Of a stretch of 64,000 nt of DNA, positions 19,296 to 29,063 are shown one piece after another. The stretch is taken from assembly GCA_965222115.1 (NCBI GenBank), contig CBDCTJ010000007.1:128001-192000 (forward strand). Direction: 5' to 3'. The DNA comes from Planctomycetota bacterium. GTDB lineage: Bacteria; Planctomycetota; PLA2; JAEUHO01. A program made the position numbers and the translations under genes. Position 1 is the first letter of the stretch. Each line of letters opens with the position of its first letter. Under the pieces are notes generated by a model, which did no database searches, had not been told where the DNA came from, and saw only the letters and a program-made list of their open reading frames with translations.

Positions 19296-20954
19296 ATGAC
19301 GACGCGATGGAACAGAATCTCTGGCTGTGTCTGTCTACTGCTTTTCGTATGCGCGGGCGATCTGATGCGAGCCGCCGCCAAGGAAGAAGCGACTCCGGCC
19401 ACGATGGCAGAGGCGGTGGACGCATACATCCAGCCCCTCGTGGACACGGGCCTCTTTAGCGGCTCGATCCTTCTCGCGCGGGATGGGAAGGTGCTTGTCC
19501 ACAGGGCCTTTGGGCATGCCGACATCGATAAGCGCGTGCGCAACTCAACGACGACGCGGCACAAGATCATGTCCACGACGAAATCGATCACCGCGGTGGT
19601 GATTATGCGCCTTGTGCAGTCTGGCAAACTCGGCCTCAACGATCTCGTATCAAAGCACCTCGCCGGATGGCCGGCAGGTTGGAACGGGGTCCTGGTGAAG
19701 CACTTGCTCGACCACACGTCCGGCCTGCCGAACTTGGAGAATGCATGGGCGATGACTGCGCGACAGGGCAAGAACCGCGGACTCGCACTCTGGAAGCAGA
19801 TAGCACCTCTGTGGGCGGACCAAAAACTGGTGACTCGCGTCGGTACGCAACATCGCTACTCGAATCTGAACTACGAATTGCTCGGCGCGATCGCGGAAGT
19901 CATTTGCAAACTCGACTACGCCGATGTTGTACGCGCACAAATATTTGAGCCCGCCGGCATGAAGGAGTCTGGCTTTGATGATGGAAGTGATTCCCCAGGC
20001 CTCGCGCTCGGCTACTTCCGCGGAAAGACGGGCAAACCCGAACCACGTGGCCAGGACATGTCTGTCATATTGGCAGCTGGCGGCATCTACTCGACGACCG
20101 GCGACCTCTATCGATTCGATCGCGCGTTAACGGACGACACGCTGCTCACTGCTGCCTCGCGCAAGCGCATGATGACCGCCGCGCCCCACACCTACGGTTA
20201 CGCCTTGGGCTGGAAGATGTTTCCGGTTCAAGAGCACGCGTGCGCGCGGCATTCGGGTGGTGCCAATGGCTATGTCGCCGATTTGCTGCGGTTCCCCGAA
20301 GACAACGCCTGCATCGTCCTATTATCGAATTTCGCGTTCGCACCGAGCCTCCTCATCGCGGATGGACTCGCCGCGTGCCTGTTCGGTCGTGACGGAGACA
20401 AGCCGGCACGCGTCAAGCCAAAAGTGCTGGACCGGTATCGGGGAGCCTACCGAGGACCCGAGTCAACAGTCGTCATACGTCGATCCGACGCTTGCCTGGC
20501 GATGTATGAACTGAAGGAGGGGCAGGATCGCATCGTTCCGACCTTGCTCCTTGCCCTCGGCGAGGATCGGTTCCGTCGCCAGTCTTGGCCGTCACGGATG
20601 CGCTTTGAGATGAAAAAACATGTCCCAACTCGACTGTACATGGCCGGCAATCAGACACTTGAGTTCGCGCCAGTGGAGGCCGCCAAGGTGTGGAAGAAGG
20701 CGGTCGGGCGCTACCAAACCAAGGCTGGTATCGACTACCACATCGCATACGCCAAGAACGCCTTCTATATGCGCCAGCCTGATGGGCGGAGCGGCGACCT
20801 GGAGATCATTCCAGCAACAGAGGACAGCGCGCTCACGCTCTATGGCGAGGACTTCGCAACCCCGCTCACTCTGAAGCGCGACGTCAAAGGCGTTGTTCGT
20901 TCGTTCCATTGGAAGCGCAACGACGGTCGAACAATCGAGTGCATCCGCCAGTAA
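19296..20954 (+). CDS. secreted serine hydrolase, beta-lactamase class C / AmpC family
   Basis: STTK (SxxK), LLDHTSG, YSN, HSG motifs; signal peptide. Confidence 0.9.
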   Translation: MTTRWNRISGCVCLLLFVCAGDLMRAAAKEEATPATMAEAVDAYIQPLVDTGLFSGSILLARDGKVLVHRAFGHADIDKRVRNSTTTRHKIMSTTKSITAVVIMRLVQSGKLGLNDLVSKHLAGWPAGWNGVLVKHLLDHTSGLPNLENAWAMTARQGKNRGLALWKQIAPLWADQKLVTRVGTQHRYSNLNYELLGAIAEVICKLDYADVVRAQIFEPAGMKESGFDDGSDSPGLALGYFRGKTGKPEPRGQDMSVILAAGGIYSTTGDLYRFDRALTDDTLLTAASRKRMMTAAPHTYGYALGWKMFPVQEHACARHSGGANGYVADLLRFPEDNACIVLLSNFAFAPSLLIADGLAACLFGRDGDKPARVKPKVLDRYRGAYRGPESTVVIRRSDACLAMYELKEGQDRIVPTLLLALGEDRFRRQSWPSRMRFEMKKHVPTRLYMAGNQTLEFAPVEAAKVWKKAVGRYQTKAGIDYHIAYAKNAFYMRQPDGRSGDLEIIPATEDSALTLYGEDFATPLTLKRDVKGVVRSFHWKRNDGRTIECIRQ

Positions 20955-21237
20955 GTGCACGCGGCGGAATTGTGTAGGCTGCGCCACGCGATGAAGCGAG
21001 ATTGCAGATTGCGGGGAACTGTGAGCAAGACTCCAAGCCCTGTCTTCCCCCGCCAACTAAGTAACCAAGGTCTTGCCACACAACATGCGGACTGGCCTAC
21101 GAAGCATGTTCGTAAACGTCCAAGCCGCATTCAAGCGTGCGAGTGACCCACTACGACATTAGAGAGTTTGTGTGCGCGCACGGCGCTGTCCGAACAATGT
21201 CTTAGGCGCGTGAGACTGTTGTGGATTCGTCAATAGA

Positions 21238-22164
21238 TCACTTGAGATATTTCGCCGCGGCGTATCCGACATACGCATGTCCGCTACTCATGTATCTGCA
21301 CTTGCACCACTCCTTGCCCTTCTCCAGCACTTGGACCACATGCCCCTTCGGCATTTTCACCACAACGTTCGAAGCTGAGGATGCACTCTCTCGAAGATTC
21401 AAATCGCTCCCTGCCGTATTCACTTTCTTGTTTGGAGTTGGAGCGATCTTCCACAGAGAGACGGACGACGAATCCCGGAGATCCTTCGTTCGCCCATAGA
21501 GGGACTTCTCAAGGAAATCAGAAATGAATTTGCCGCGAAACAGCCCCTTCCCGATTTCGGAGAAGTGGTGCATGCTCACCGACTGAGGCGCTGCACCCTT
21601 TTCAATGAGAATGAACCCTGTGTGAGAGTTACCGATCTCCCCCTTTTTGGGTAGCCGTCGATCCTTGCCCTTGCCGATGTAGTAGGCACGATTCTTGGCC
21701 TTCGCGTTTCTTAGGTCGAAGTAGAACGTTCCGGTGGGAAGAGTTCCTTTCTTAGCGCGACCAATGAAATCGGTAAGTGAGAGACCAGCGATCTCCTCTT
21801 GAAGGCCGAAATAGTCGGCAGTGTCGCCACCAAACCACTGATGCGCCCAACGGTAGTCCTTTCCGCCTCGCGTCCCGTCGCCCTTTAGAACGCGAAAGTC
21901 GCCCGCCAGAAGAAGTTCGGCAAGTACCGGAGCTGCGAAGGAATTGCACGCGAGACCTTTCTTGTCTCCGGCGAGATTCCCAAACGTGTCAACATACCCA
22001 CCCCATGTGTACTTGAGCTTCTTTCCGTTCGCCTGCGACTTCCATTTCGCGACGAGCTTATCGATTGACTTTACCAGCTTCTGGCCCGTGGATGGATCCT
22101 CCGAGCAAGCCGACAGCGACATGAGTGACGCTGCAAGGACGATCGAAATCGACAGGTGCTTCAT
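21238..22164 (-). CDS. lipoprotein with divergent NlpC/P60-like domain and C-terminal SH3b
   Basis: Lipobox LSAC; KYTWGG, GLACNSF, SHTGF, MHHFS; LNLRESASS...VV...KG..V.VLE...WCK...GY (SH3b). Confidence 0.7.
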   Translation of the reverse strand: MKHLSISIVLAASLMSLSACSEDPSTGQKLVKSIDKLVAKWKSQANGKKLKYTWGGYVDTFGNLAGDKKGLACNSFAAPVLAELLLAGDFRVLKGDGTRGGKDYRWAHQWFGGDTADYFGLQEEIAGLSLTDFIGRAKKGTLPTGTFYFDLRNAKAKNRAYYIGKGKDRRLPKKGEIGNSHTGFILIEKGAAPQSVSMHHFSEIGKGLFRGKFISDFLEKSLYGRTKDLRDSSSVSLWKIAPTPNKKVNTAGSDLNLRESASSASNVVVKMPKGHVVQVLEKGKEWCKCRYMSSGHAYVGYAAAKYLK

Positions 22165-22331
22165 CTCAACTCCCAAAGATGTTAGATCTCATGCTGAGCG
22201 TATCAGCCCCCATTGGGAGGTCATCGTCGATACGTAGCGGTCGTGGGCAGTGAAACGGCTATAGAGGCGATTTCGATCGGCATTCGTGCCTGCGGACTGA
22301 CTTGAGCACGGCACGGATTGAGCAATCGCCA

Positions 22332-22369
22332 AGGAACTCAGCAACTTGCGGTTCCGTGACTTGACGCTG
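22332..22369 (+). pseudogene. remnant paralogous to part of the 14613-16844 ECF extension
   Basis: 38 bp matching 15877-15914 with 4 differences, all at synonymous third positions (ELSNLRFRDLTL). Confidence 0.65.
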
Positions 22370-22651
22370 CATCCGTTCTTACCAGCCAAGTCACCAATGC
22401 CTCTCTTCGTTGCCCTCTACAACACGCTGAACGACGAAACGCTTGCAGACTGTCGCGGCGAAGCGTCGTGCCCCACTCAATTGCTTGCCGCGCGTCGGAC
22501 CCGTCACTAGACTCCCGCCCTCGTAAGGTCGCACCCGCATCCGAGCATCCCCTTGAATAGACCCTCGCCGAGTGGCACCAACACATCCTCTCCCAATCCG
22601 GACATGACGGGGCCAGCGGAAAGACTTACCCCCATCGATCCCAAACGGCGG

Positions 22652-23035
22652 ATGCGGGCGATTGCGGTGCCCATCATGCTCTTTGTGTCAAGCATGTTGA
22701 TGGCGGTCGCGTGGCTTGGGCATTTACGGTTTGAAGACGCGCCCTTTCTGCTGGCCCTCGCGATCTCCTGGCTGATTGTGTTTCCCGAGTACGTGCTCAA
22801 TGTGGCCGCGGTTCGATTGGGCAAGGGGATTTACAGCGGCGGCACCATGGCCTGCCTGAACCTCTCTTCCGGCGTGGTCTGCGTGATGCTGATGGCGCGC
22901 TTCGTTCTCGGCGAGGAAGTCAACAATCAGCAGTACTTAGGCTTCGCACTGATGCTGGTGGCCATGGTCCTTATCGGCTCCAGAGATCACAGTGCGCATC
23001 TACCCGAGATGGACGCCAAAGAGGAGCTGCCATGA
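22652..23035 (+). CDS. small 4-TM DMT-family protein (DUF486/DMT_6-like), paralog 1
   Basis: MAVAWLGHL, ISW..FPEY.LNV.A.R.G; start chosen by alignment with paralog 2 (alternative ATG at 22604). Confidence 0.8.
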   Translation: MRAIAVPIMLFVSSMLMAVAWLGHLRFEDAPFLLALAISWLIVFPEYVLNVAAVRLGKGIYSGGTMACLNLSSGVVCVMLMARFVLGEEVNNQQYLGFALMLVAMVLIGSRDHSAHLPEMDAKEELP

Positions 23036-23367
23036 AGTCGATCATCGTGCCGCTCATGCTCTTCACCTCGAGTGCATTTATGGCCATGGCCTGGATCGGA
23101 CATATCCGCTTTCGGCATAAGGGCTTCTGGGTTGCGCTCTTTGCCAGTTGGTTTCTTGTGTTGCCCGAATACATCCTCAACGTGAGCGCCATTCGATACG
23201 GGCACGACATCTTCTCCGGTGGGCAGATGGCAGCCATCAACCTATCGACCGGCGTCATTTGTGTAGCCCTGGTAGCTCGCTTCTTCCTGGGAGAACATCT
23301 CAGCCGCAAGCAGGTCTTTGGCTTCGTGCTTATGGCCGTGGGCGTTGGGTTGGTGGTCTACAAATAG
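23032..23367 (+). CDS. small 4-TM DMT-family protein, paralog 2
   Basis: FMAMAWIGHI, SW..LPEY; ATGA overlap. Confidence 0.82.
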   Translation: MKSIIVPLMLFTSSAFMAMAWIGHIRFRHKGFWVALFASWFLVLPEYILNVSAIRYGHDIFSGGQMAAINLSTGVICVALVARFFLGEHLSRKQVFGFVLMAVGVGLVVYK

Positions 23368-23479
23368 ATTCCATCGATATGGGGCGCCACGGCTGGAGTC
23401 GACCCAACCCCATGCGTCATGTCAACTGGATTTTGACGTACCATGGTCACATCGCGGAACGCAACCACGGAGGATTCGA

Positions 23480-26044
23480 GTGGCAGTTCAGTCGCGAAAG
23501 GTCTACGTCCTCTTTGTATCTGTGATCCTGATTCTCGCCGTGCTGCCTCAAGCCTCAATTGCTAAGGACTCCGTACTTTGGCAGCAGCCCTTCGATCAGG
23601 CTGAATCGATTCCTTCGGACGCGAGAGTTTTGGGAAACCGCAGCACGTCTCAGTCCATCAAGATTGTGCCAAAGGGGGCGACGCCCAAGGCGCGCAGCCT
23701 CGCGGTTTCTTTCGTGGCGGAGCATGGACGAAGTTGGTTCGTGCCTATTCCCTTAGACCTGAGGGTGGACCCAAATCGGCCCATCATGCTGACCGGACGA
23801 GCTAGGTACACTTGTGGCACACCCGCAAATGTCTACTTCACTCTCCACTACGACGTGTATGGAGACGCTGATCTCACCAAACGATATCGAAGCGCGCATA
23901 TCAAGATCAGCAAGGGACTCGCCCAGCGTGATATATGGGAAACCCTTATCGAAGAACCCCTTAGGCCGACGCAACGCGCACGGGAAGAAGGACGGATCGA
24001 GCCCTTCCTGAAACTGACGCGCTTGGATTTGAAAGTTCTTGACGTGCCTATTGGTGAGCAGATCACAATCTGGATCGATGAGCTCGCCTTAGAATACGGA
24101 ACCGACCGCCACACCCTCGCCTACGAGCAAAACATCAAGCTCGACCAGAAACCCTCGCCGTATCCAAGCCAGGTAGAGAATTTCTACTACGGATACTTCG
24201 GTCACATCAACAGCGGAGGATTCCACCGCTACCACAAACATCACAATTTGATTCCGGCGGAACTTCGGAGCCTCGTCAACATTGAGTTCCTAATACGCGG
24301 TAACTTCAACCATTTGGTTGGCGGCGTCGTGGATGCCACGCCGGAATCCCTCAAACTCGTTACGCAAAATATCGCTCTTGGTCATGCGTACGGCATTTAC
24401 ACCACACCGATCGTCCCGATTGGCCCCTACTACCCCCACCCGGGTCGCGCTCGCAAGGCGATGACCAAAACGGCGGCGGAGAAGCTCCTCAAACGAATCG
24501 TCACGCGGTTGGCAGAAACACCCGGTACCAATGGGTACCTGATGATCGACGAGCCGTTTCCAACGATCCGCAACAGGGATATTTGGCTCTGGGGTAAGCA
24601 ACTCTATCGCTCGCTAGATCCAAAACGCCCAGCAACTGGACCCATGAACACTCCGGACCGCGTTCGCCTATTTGGGCCAACCGAGCACACGCTCTGGATT
24701 GATGAATACCCGCTCTCGGGTCGTGCATTCGATCACTACGGGGCTCGCGCTGGAATGATCTTCAAGCTTGAGCAAATGAACCGTTTGGCATTTGAACGCG
24801 GTGCGAAACAAGTTTGGAACACCAATCAGGTGAACGGGCAGGTCCGATCACGTAGAAAACGCGGCACGGTGTCACGCCTCCCGTCCGCCGCAGAACATCG
24901 ACTTGGAAATTACATCAGCCTTGCGAATGGCGGGCGGTCACTCAACTACTACATGTTGTGCCCGACGATCCTTCTGACCCTTGGCAAGGGAGAGCGAGTT
25001 CGCATGGGGACCGTCACGGGATACGGCTTCGGCTCCAGCGTCGGAGCGTTCACGCACCCGGTCGGTCGAGAGATTGAGCGACAGGCGGATGTAGTGCCCG
25101 TACTCGGCCCTGCGCTGCTTGGTACGACGTGGGAGCATAAACGCACGTTGGTCGTTTCGTGCAACACGCTCGAATTTTCAGCGCCATTTTCCAAAGCTGC
25201 TCTGGGCGCGAGTTTCAACCGCGGCGACACGTACGACGTTGTGGTGGTCTACAACCGTGACGCCGCGGGGCCACAATCCGGCACGGTGGACCTCAATTCT
25301 GTGTTGGCTGGAAGGAACGTCTACGACCTCCAAGAGGGCATGCCAGCACACGTGACGGAAGGAATTCTTGACACGGGAACGCTGCGCGCCGGTGACGGAA
25401 AGTTCTTCGTACTGTCTCCGCCCGATGTCTTCGCTCGATTGCGATCGGATATCCATCTCCGTAGATACGACCTTCGAAAGCGAGCCTTTGACTTCGATTA
25501 CAGAGAGCAACGCCACAATGGCCTAAATCTTGGACCCTTCAAGGATGCCTTCGAACGGTCGCGTAAAACGGTCATGAAAGATCCTGAAGGGGCGTGGAAC
25601 GCGTTGCGATCGGCCCATGAAAAGTTGCTCGCTCGCAAGACGGGCGATTCGGCTTTCGCGGCTTCCCACGAACTACTCGCGGCTACGCAACGTGCACATG
25701 TAGATATTGTGGAAGGCCAAGCGCACCAACTCTCCCACAAAAAGCGCAGCACGCCACTCGACGCCATCTGCAGGCAACCGGGCTACCTGGATTGGGAGCG
25801 TGAGACGCGACAGCTCTCAGATACATACATACTGCTTCGAAACGCTCTCTACTTTGGCAAGGCGAAAAAAGTCTTACGACTGGCTAAGAAACTTGCGCCC
25901 ATGGCGCAGGAGATGGCCACGGCTGTAAGAGAAGGACAATTTTCTCCGGTGAATGCAAAAGCAGTTGCAGACCTGCATGCACGCGCTCTCGCGCTGAACA
26001 AGTTCGACCTCGTGAAGGCGTTGATGGAAAACGCCAAAGATTAG
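23480..26044 (+). CDS. large secreted protein, probable glycoside-hydrolase-like TIM barrel
   Basis: GGAGG RBS plus GTG, signal peptide; GYLMIDEP, RSLDPKRP, IDEYP motifs reminiscent of clan GH-A. Confidence 0.6.
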   Translation: MAVQSRKVYVLFVSVILILAVLPQASIAKDSVLWQQPFDQAESIPSDARVLGNRSTSQSIKIVPKGATPKARSLAVSFVAEHGRSWFVPIPLDLRVDPNRPIMLTGRARYTCGTPANVYFTLHYDVYGDADLTKRYRSAHIKISKGLAQRDIWETLIEEPLRPTQRAREEGRIEPFLKLTRLDLKVLDVPIGEQITIWIDELALEYGTDRHTLAYEQNIKLDQKPSPYPSQVENFYYGYFGHINSGGFHRYHKHHNLIPAELRSLVNIEFLIRGNFNHLVGGVVDATPESLKLVTQNIALGHAYGIYTTPIVPIGPYYPHPGRARKAMTKTAAEKLLKRIVTRLAETPGTNGYLMIDEPFPTIRNRDIWLWGKQLYRSLDPKRPATGPMNTPDRVRLFGPTEHTLWIDEYPLSGRAFDHYGARAGMIFKLEQMNRLAFERGAKQVWNTNQVNGQVRSRRKRGTVSRLPSAAEHRLGNYISLANGGRSLNYYMLCPTILLTLGKGERVRMGTVTGYGFGSSVGAFTHPVGREIERQADVVPVLGPALLGTTWEHKRTLVVSCNTLEFSAPFSKAALGASFNRGDTYDVVVVYNRDAAGPQSGTVDLNSVLAGRNVYDLQEGMPAHVTEGILDTGTLRAGDGKFFVLSPPDVFARLRSDIHLRRYDLRKRAFDFDYREQRHNGLNLGPFKDAFERSRKTVMKDPEGAWNALRSAHEKLLARKTGDSAFAASHELLAATQRAHVDIVEGQAHQLSHKKRSTPLDAICRQPGYLDWERETRQLSDTYILLRNALYFGKAKKVLRLAKKLAPMAQEMATAVREGQFSPVNAKAVADLHARALALNKFDLVKALMENAKD

Positions 26045-26081
26045 ATTGTGATACGACAGTTTCTAGGCTACCGATCCGCCT

Positions 26082-27269
26082 CTACGCCGACCGTCGAGCT
26101 TCGTAGGCGCGGTGCTTGCGCATGACTCGAATCGCGTTTAGAGCGACAAAGGCGAGACCCATCAAAAGGATGCTCTGCGTAGTCACCGCCAGCACGATCA
26201 CCACAGCGGCCAACAACAGTAACTCGATGCCCTTCAGCCCCTTCTTCTCAAGCAAGAAGTCGTGGCAAAGCCAAATGGAGATGAGGTAGGCGGCGATGGC
26301 GAACGCTAGGCCGAGCACAGCATGACCGGACGCAATCGACGCGTGGTCGGTGAGCACATCTACGTTGACGCTAATCAACGCGCCAACGGCGGCGGCACTG
26401 GCGTAGACGAAGTAATGACCGTAACCCCAGATGAATGCCTTTCGTTCGCTGGCAAGTGCTTGCCCCACACGGTCGTCAAAGTATAGCCACCACATGGAGA
26501 ACAAGAGTAGGAGCGTACCCGCCGCCATCATGGCTAAACTGGCCGTGAAGTGTGCGACAACGCTGCGAAACGCGTAGACGGAAGCCAGAATCGACTCGCC
26601 CAGCACGATGATGGTGAGCAGACCGAGGCGTTCTTCGATGTGATGGTAGTGGTATCTCGTGTTTCTGCCCCGATCCACGGCACGCTCGGCGATGTAGGGG
26701 ACCATCATTTCAAACAACAAAAGTACACCAAACACGTACCAGTTCTGGAAGAACAGTACGGCAAAACACCATCCAGTTTGCAAGAGGAAGACGCCGATGG
26801 CATAGCGCATGGCAACCGGTCGTGTTTGCGGATCGTCACGCGCAACTTTGATCCACAAGAGTACGTAGGGGATACGCATGATGACGTAGCCGATCATCAT
26901 CACGAGGAAGTCTTCTTTCTCGAACGCTGGCTTGACGCCAACGGCAATCAGAATGACCCCCACCATCTGGGCGAATGATGCGAGACGGAACTGCACGTCG
27001 TCGGTGTCGAACCCCGAGGCGAACCATGTGTACGTATTCCATGGCCACCAAATGGCCCAGAAGACCCAGAAATACATGAAGATCGAGTAGCCCACATGAT
27101 GCCAGCCCGATATGGCATGATGGAGTTCGACGGCCAAACTCGCAATGGCAACGACATAGATTAGGTCGTAGAAGAGTTCAAGAGGCGTAGCGGCACGATG
27201 ACCGTCATTGGCCTCACGAGCAACGATCGGATTAATGAGTACTGACTTGTCTCGTTCGCTAGAACCCAT
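26082..27269 (-). CDS. ltrA: low temperature requirement protein A family membrane protein
   Basis: ATPLELFYDL, HIEERLGLLTIIVLGES, WWLYF, WGYGH. Confidence 0.9.
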   Translation of the reverse strand: MGSSERDKSVLINPIVAREANDGHRAATPLELFYDLIYVVAIASLAVELHHAISGWHHVGYSIFMYFWVFWAIWWPWNTYTWFASGFDTDDVQFRLASFAQMVGVILIAVGVKPAFEKEDFLVMMIGYVIMRIPYVLLWIKVARDDPQTRPVAMRYAIGVFLLQTGWCFAVLFFQNWYVFGVLLLFEMMVPYIAERAVDRGRNTRYHYHHIEERLGLLTIIVLGESILASVYAFRSVVAHFTASLAMMAAGTLLLLFSMWWLYFDDRVGQALASERKAFIWGYGHYFVYASAAAVGALISVNVDVLTDHASIASGHAVLGLAFAIAAYLISIWLCHDFLLEKKGLKGIELLLLAAVVIVLAVTTQSILLMGLAFVALNAIRVMRKHRAYEARRSA

Positions 27270-27432
27270 GTTGTCGTTCGCCTCGTCTACTTGAAATCGC
27301 ACCTCGCGCGGTTACGCACCCTCCGGAGTGTATGCGAATCCGGACAGACCGATTCTGGCCGACGACACAGAGAGGCGCAACGCGCGTTTGGGTACTCGCC
27401 GCGTCACAGGATCAAAGGAAACGAGAAACCGC

Positions 27433-27813
27433 CTACGCCTTACAGGTCGCACACACCCCTCGCAACCAAACCTCGTGACCTTCCAGCGCGAAGCCCTTAG
27501 GAAGTCGCTGGCTAAGGGCTGCGGGCGAACGGGCGGCGCAACCGGGAATGTCGAATACCTGATCGCACGCGCGGCAGTGAAAGTGGTGGTGGTGCCCACG
27601 CTCAACTTCAAACCGGGCACGCCCATCGAGATCGGCAAGGCGATGCACGCGCCCGTCGTGCTCAAGACGTTTGAGGGTGCGGTACACGGTGGCCTGACCA
27701 AGGGAAGGGCAGGCGACTTGCGCGCGACTTAACACTTCCTCCGGAAGCAATGGGCCACTCGCTGAGTCGAGCGCGTCCCAGACGGCTTGCTGCTGTGTGG
27801 TGTTGCGAGGCAC
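27433..27813 (-). CDS. Fur-family regulator (Zur-like)
   Basis: RNTTQQQAV, ATVYRTL, HHHHFHCRAC, GVCATC; GTG start at 27813 inferred. Confidence 0.9.
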   Translation of the reverse strand: MPRNTTQQQAVWDALDSASGPLLPEEVLSRAQVACPSLGQATVYRTLKRLEHDGRVHRLADLDGRARFEVERGHHHHFHCRACDQVFDIPGCAARSPAALSQRLPKGFALEGHEVWLRGVCATCKA

Positions 27814-27844
27814 GCCAGAAAGGGTACACGAACTTTTCTTGTAC

Positions 27845-27866
27845 TGATAATGATAATCCATTATCA
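27845..27866. promoter_or_regulatory. Fur-box-like operator TGATAATG-ATAATC-CATTATCA
   Basis: Perfect 8-6-8 palindrome between the divergent fur and His-rich genes; equals the canonical GATAATGATAATCATTATC with a 1-bp insertion. Confidence 0.8.
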
Positions 27867-27885
27867 CTTCAGCAGGAGACCGCCC

Positions 27886-29016
27886 ATGCTCGCTCGATTC
27901 GCTCTCACGCTTTCCGCATCTGCCGCACTCGTTTTGATGGCAGGGTGCTCCTTGGGACTTGGTGCTCAAATCGCCCCAATGCATCTGGACCGCAGCGCAA
28001 GCAGCGGCTCGGCCTCGGATGTGAATGGCGAGCACCACGATCACGCCGGACACGATCACACTGGCCACGACCACAGCCAATCCAATCTCGGCCAACCCAG
28101 TTACCAACTCAGCCAGCCGGACTACGTAGCGGAACCCCATTTAGATCACTGGGCCGACGCGCATTATGGGGCGCTCCACGGCCACGAACACGGCGAACAC
28201 AGTCATACCCAACACAACCATGCCCACAACGATGGAGACGAACATCATCCGCCTCGGCGTTTGCTGCGACACAATCTTCGTTGCGGTTGGTGTGCTCCGG
28301 CCGAGCACGATCACACGAGTGCGTGCGGGACGCCCTATGTTCACGGATTTTTGACCGAGCCAGCGTTCTTGGGACGAGACTTTTTTCTAGACGTAACGCA
28401 AAGCGACGACGAGACGGAGATCGAAGCGGAACTCGAATGGTCACTGACCAAACGACTTGGCCTCATTGTTGAACTGCCCTACATCGACGCTGAGGAAACA
28501 GGCATTGGCGATGCCGCCCTAGGAATTCGCATACTGCTAGTTGAGGAGCAACGGTTTCTTCTTTCTGCAAGTACAGAAGTCGAACTCCCCACAGGCAGCG
28601 AATCCCGTGGCCTCGGGTCGGGCGCGTTCGCGGTCGGCGCCAGCTTGCACACGTGGACCGATCTCGGCGCGTGGGTAACGCTGCAAACGGTTACAGGGAT
28701 CGAGCACGTTCCCGATGAAGACGAGACCGAATTCAAATGGAGCCTAGCGCTAGCCAAGTCGTTTCGAGCTTGCCCGCTAATTAGCACTCGAACTAACGAT
28801 GAGCACCATCACGGACCAACTGCGTTCAGCGTGATCGCCGAAATTCAAGGAGTAACCGCACTCTCCGACGATGCGGGTGAAACAGAAGGCCGATGGCTTC
28901 TCGGTGCGTCGTTCCCGCTCGCACACAACTTAGATCTGCGCGGTGCCTTTTCACAGACGTTTGGTGGCGACGAGGACGAGGACGCATGGACTGTGGGCGT
29001 CATTGTCCACTTCTAG
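27886..29016 (+). CDS. His-rich lipoprotein / outer-membrane beta-barrel, probable metal uptake
   Basis: AGGAG RBS, MAG-C lipobox, HHDHAGHDH-type tracts, amphipathic beta strands, terminal aromatic (VHF). Confidence 0.75.
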   Translation: MLARFALTLSASAALVLMAGCSLGLGAQIAPMHLDRSASSGSASDVNGEHHDHAGHDHTGHDHSQSNLGQPSYQLSQPDYVAEPHLDHWADAHYGALHGHEHGEHSHTQHNHAHNDGDEHHPPRRLLRHNLRCGWCAPAEHDHTSACGTPYVHGFLTEPAFLGRDFFLDVTQSDDETEIEAELEWSLTKRLGLIVELPYIDAEETGIGDAALGIRILLVEEQRFLLSASTEVELPTGSESRGLGSGAFAVGASLHTWTDLGAWVTLQTVTGIEHVPDEDETEFKWSLALAKSFRACPLISTRTNDEHHHGPTAFSVIAEIQGVTALSDDAGETEGRWLLGASFPLAHNLDLRGAFSQTFGGDEDEDAWTVGVIVHF

Positions 29017-29063
29017 CGAGTTCACGACCCTCAGCACGTTGATTACGAATTTGGAGTTTTGCA

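Noticed and set aside
22480-22650. Guanidine (ykkC-type) riboswitch upstream of the DMT pair
   Set aside because: No paired ACGR hairpins or ykkC-I/III consensus recognisable; an Rfam scan would be needed
27433-28140. 235-aa Fur with a long hydrophobic N-terminal extension
   Set aside because: The extension is antisense to the His-rich gene and spans the operator; GTG 27813 gives a normal-sized Fur
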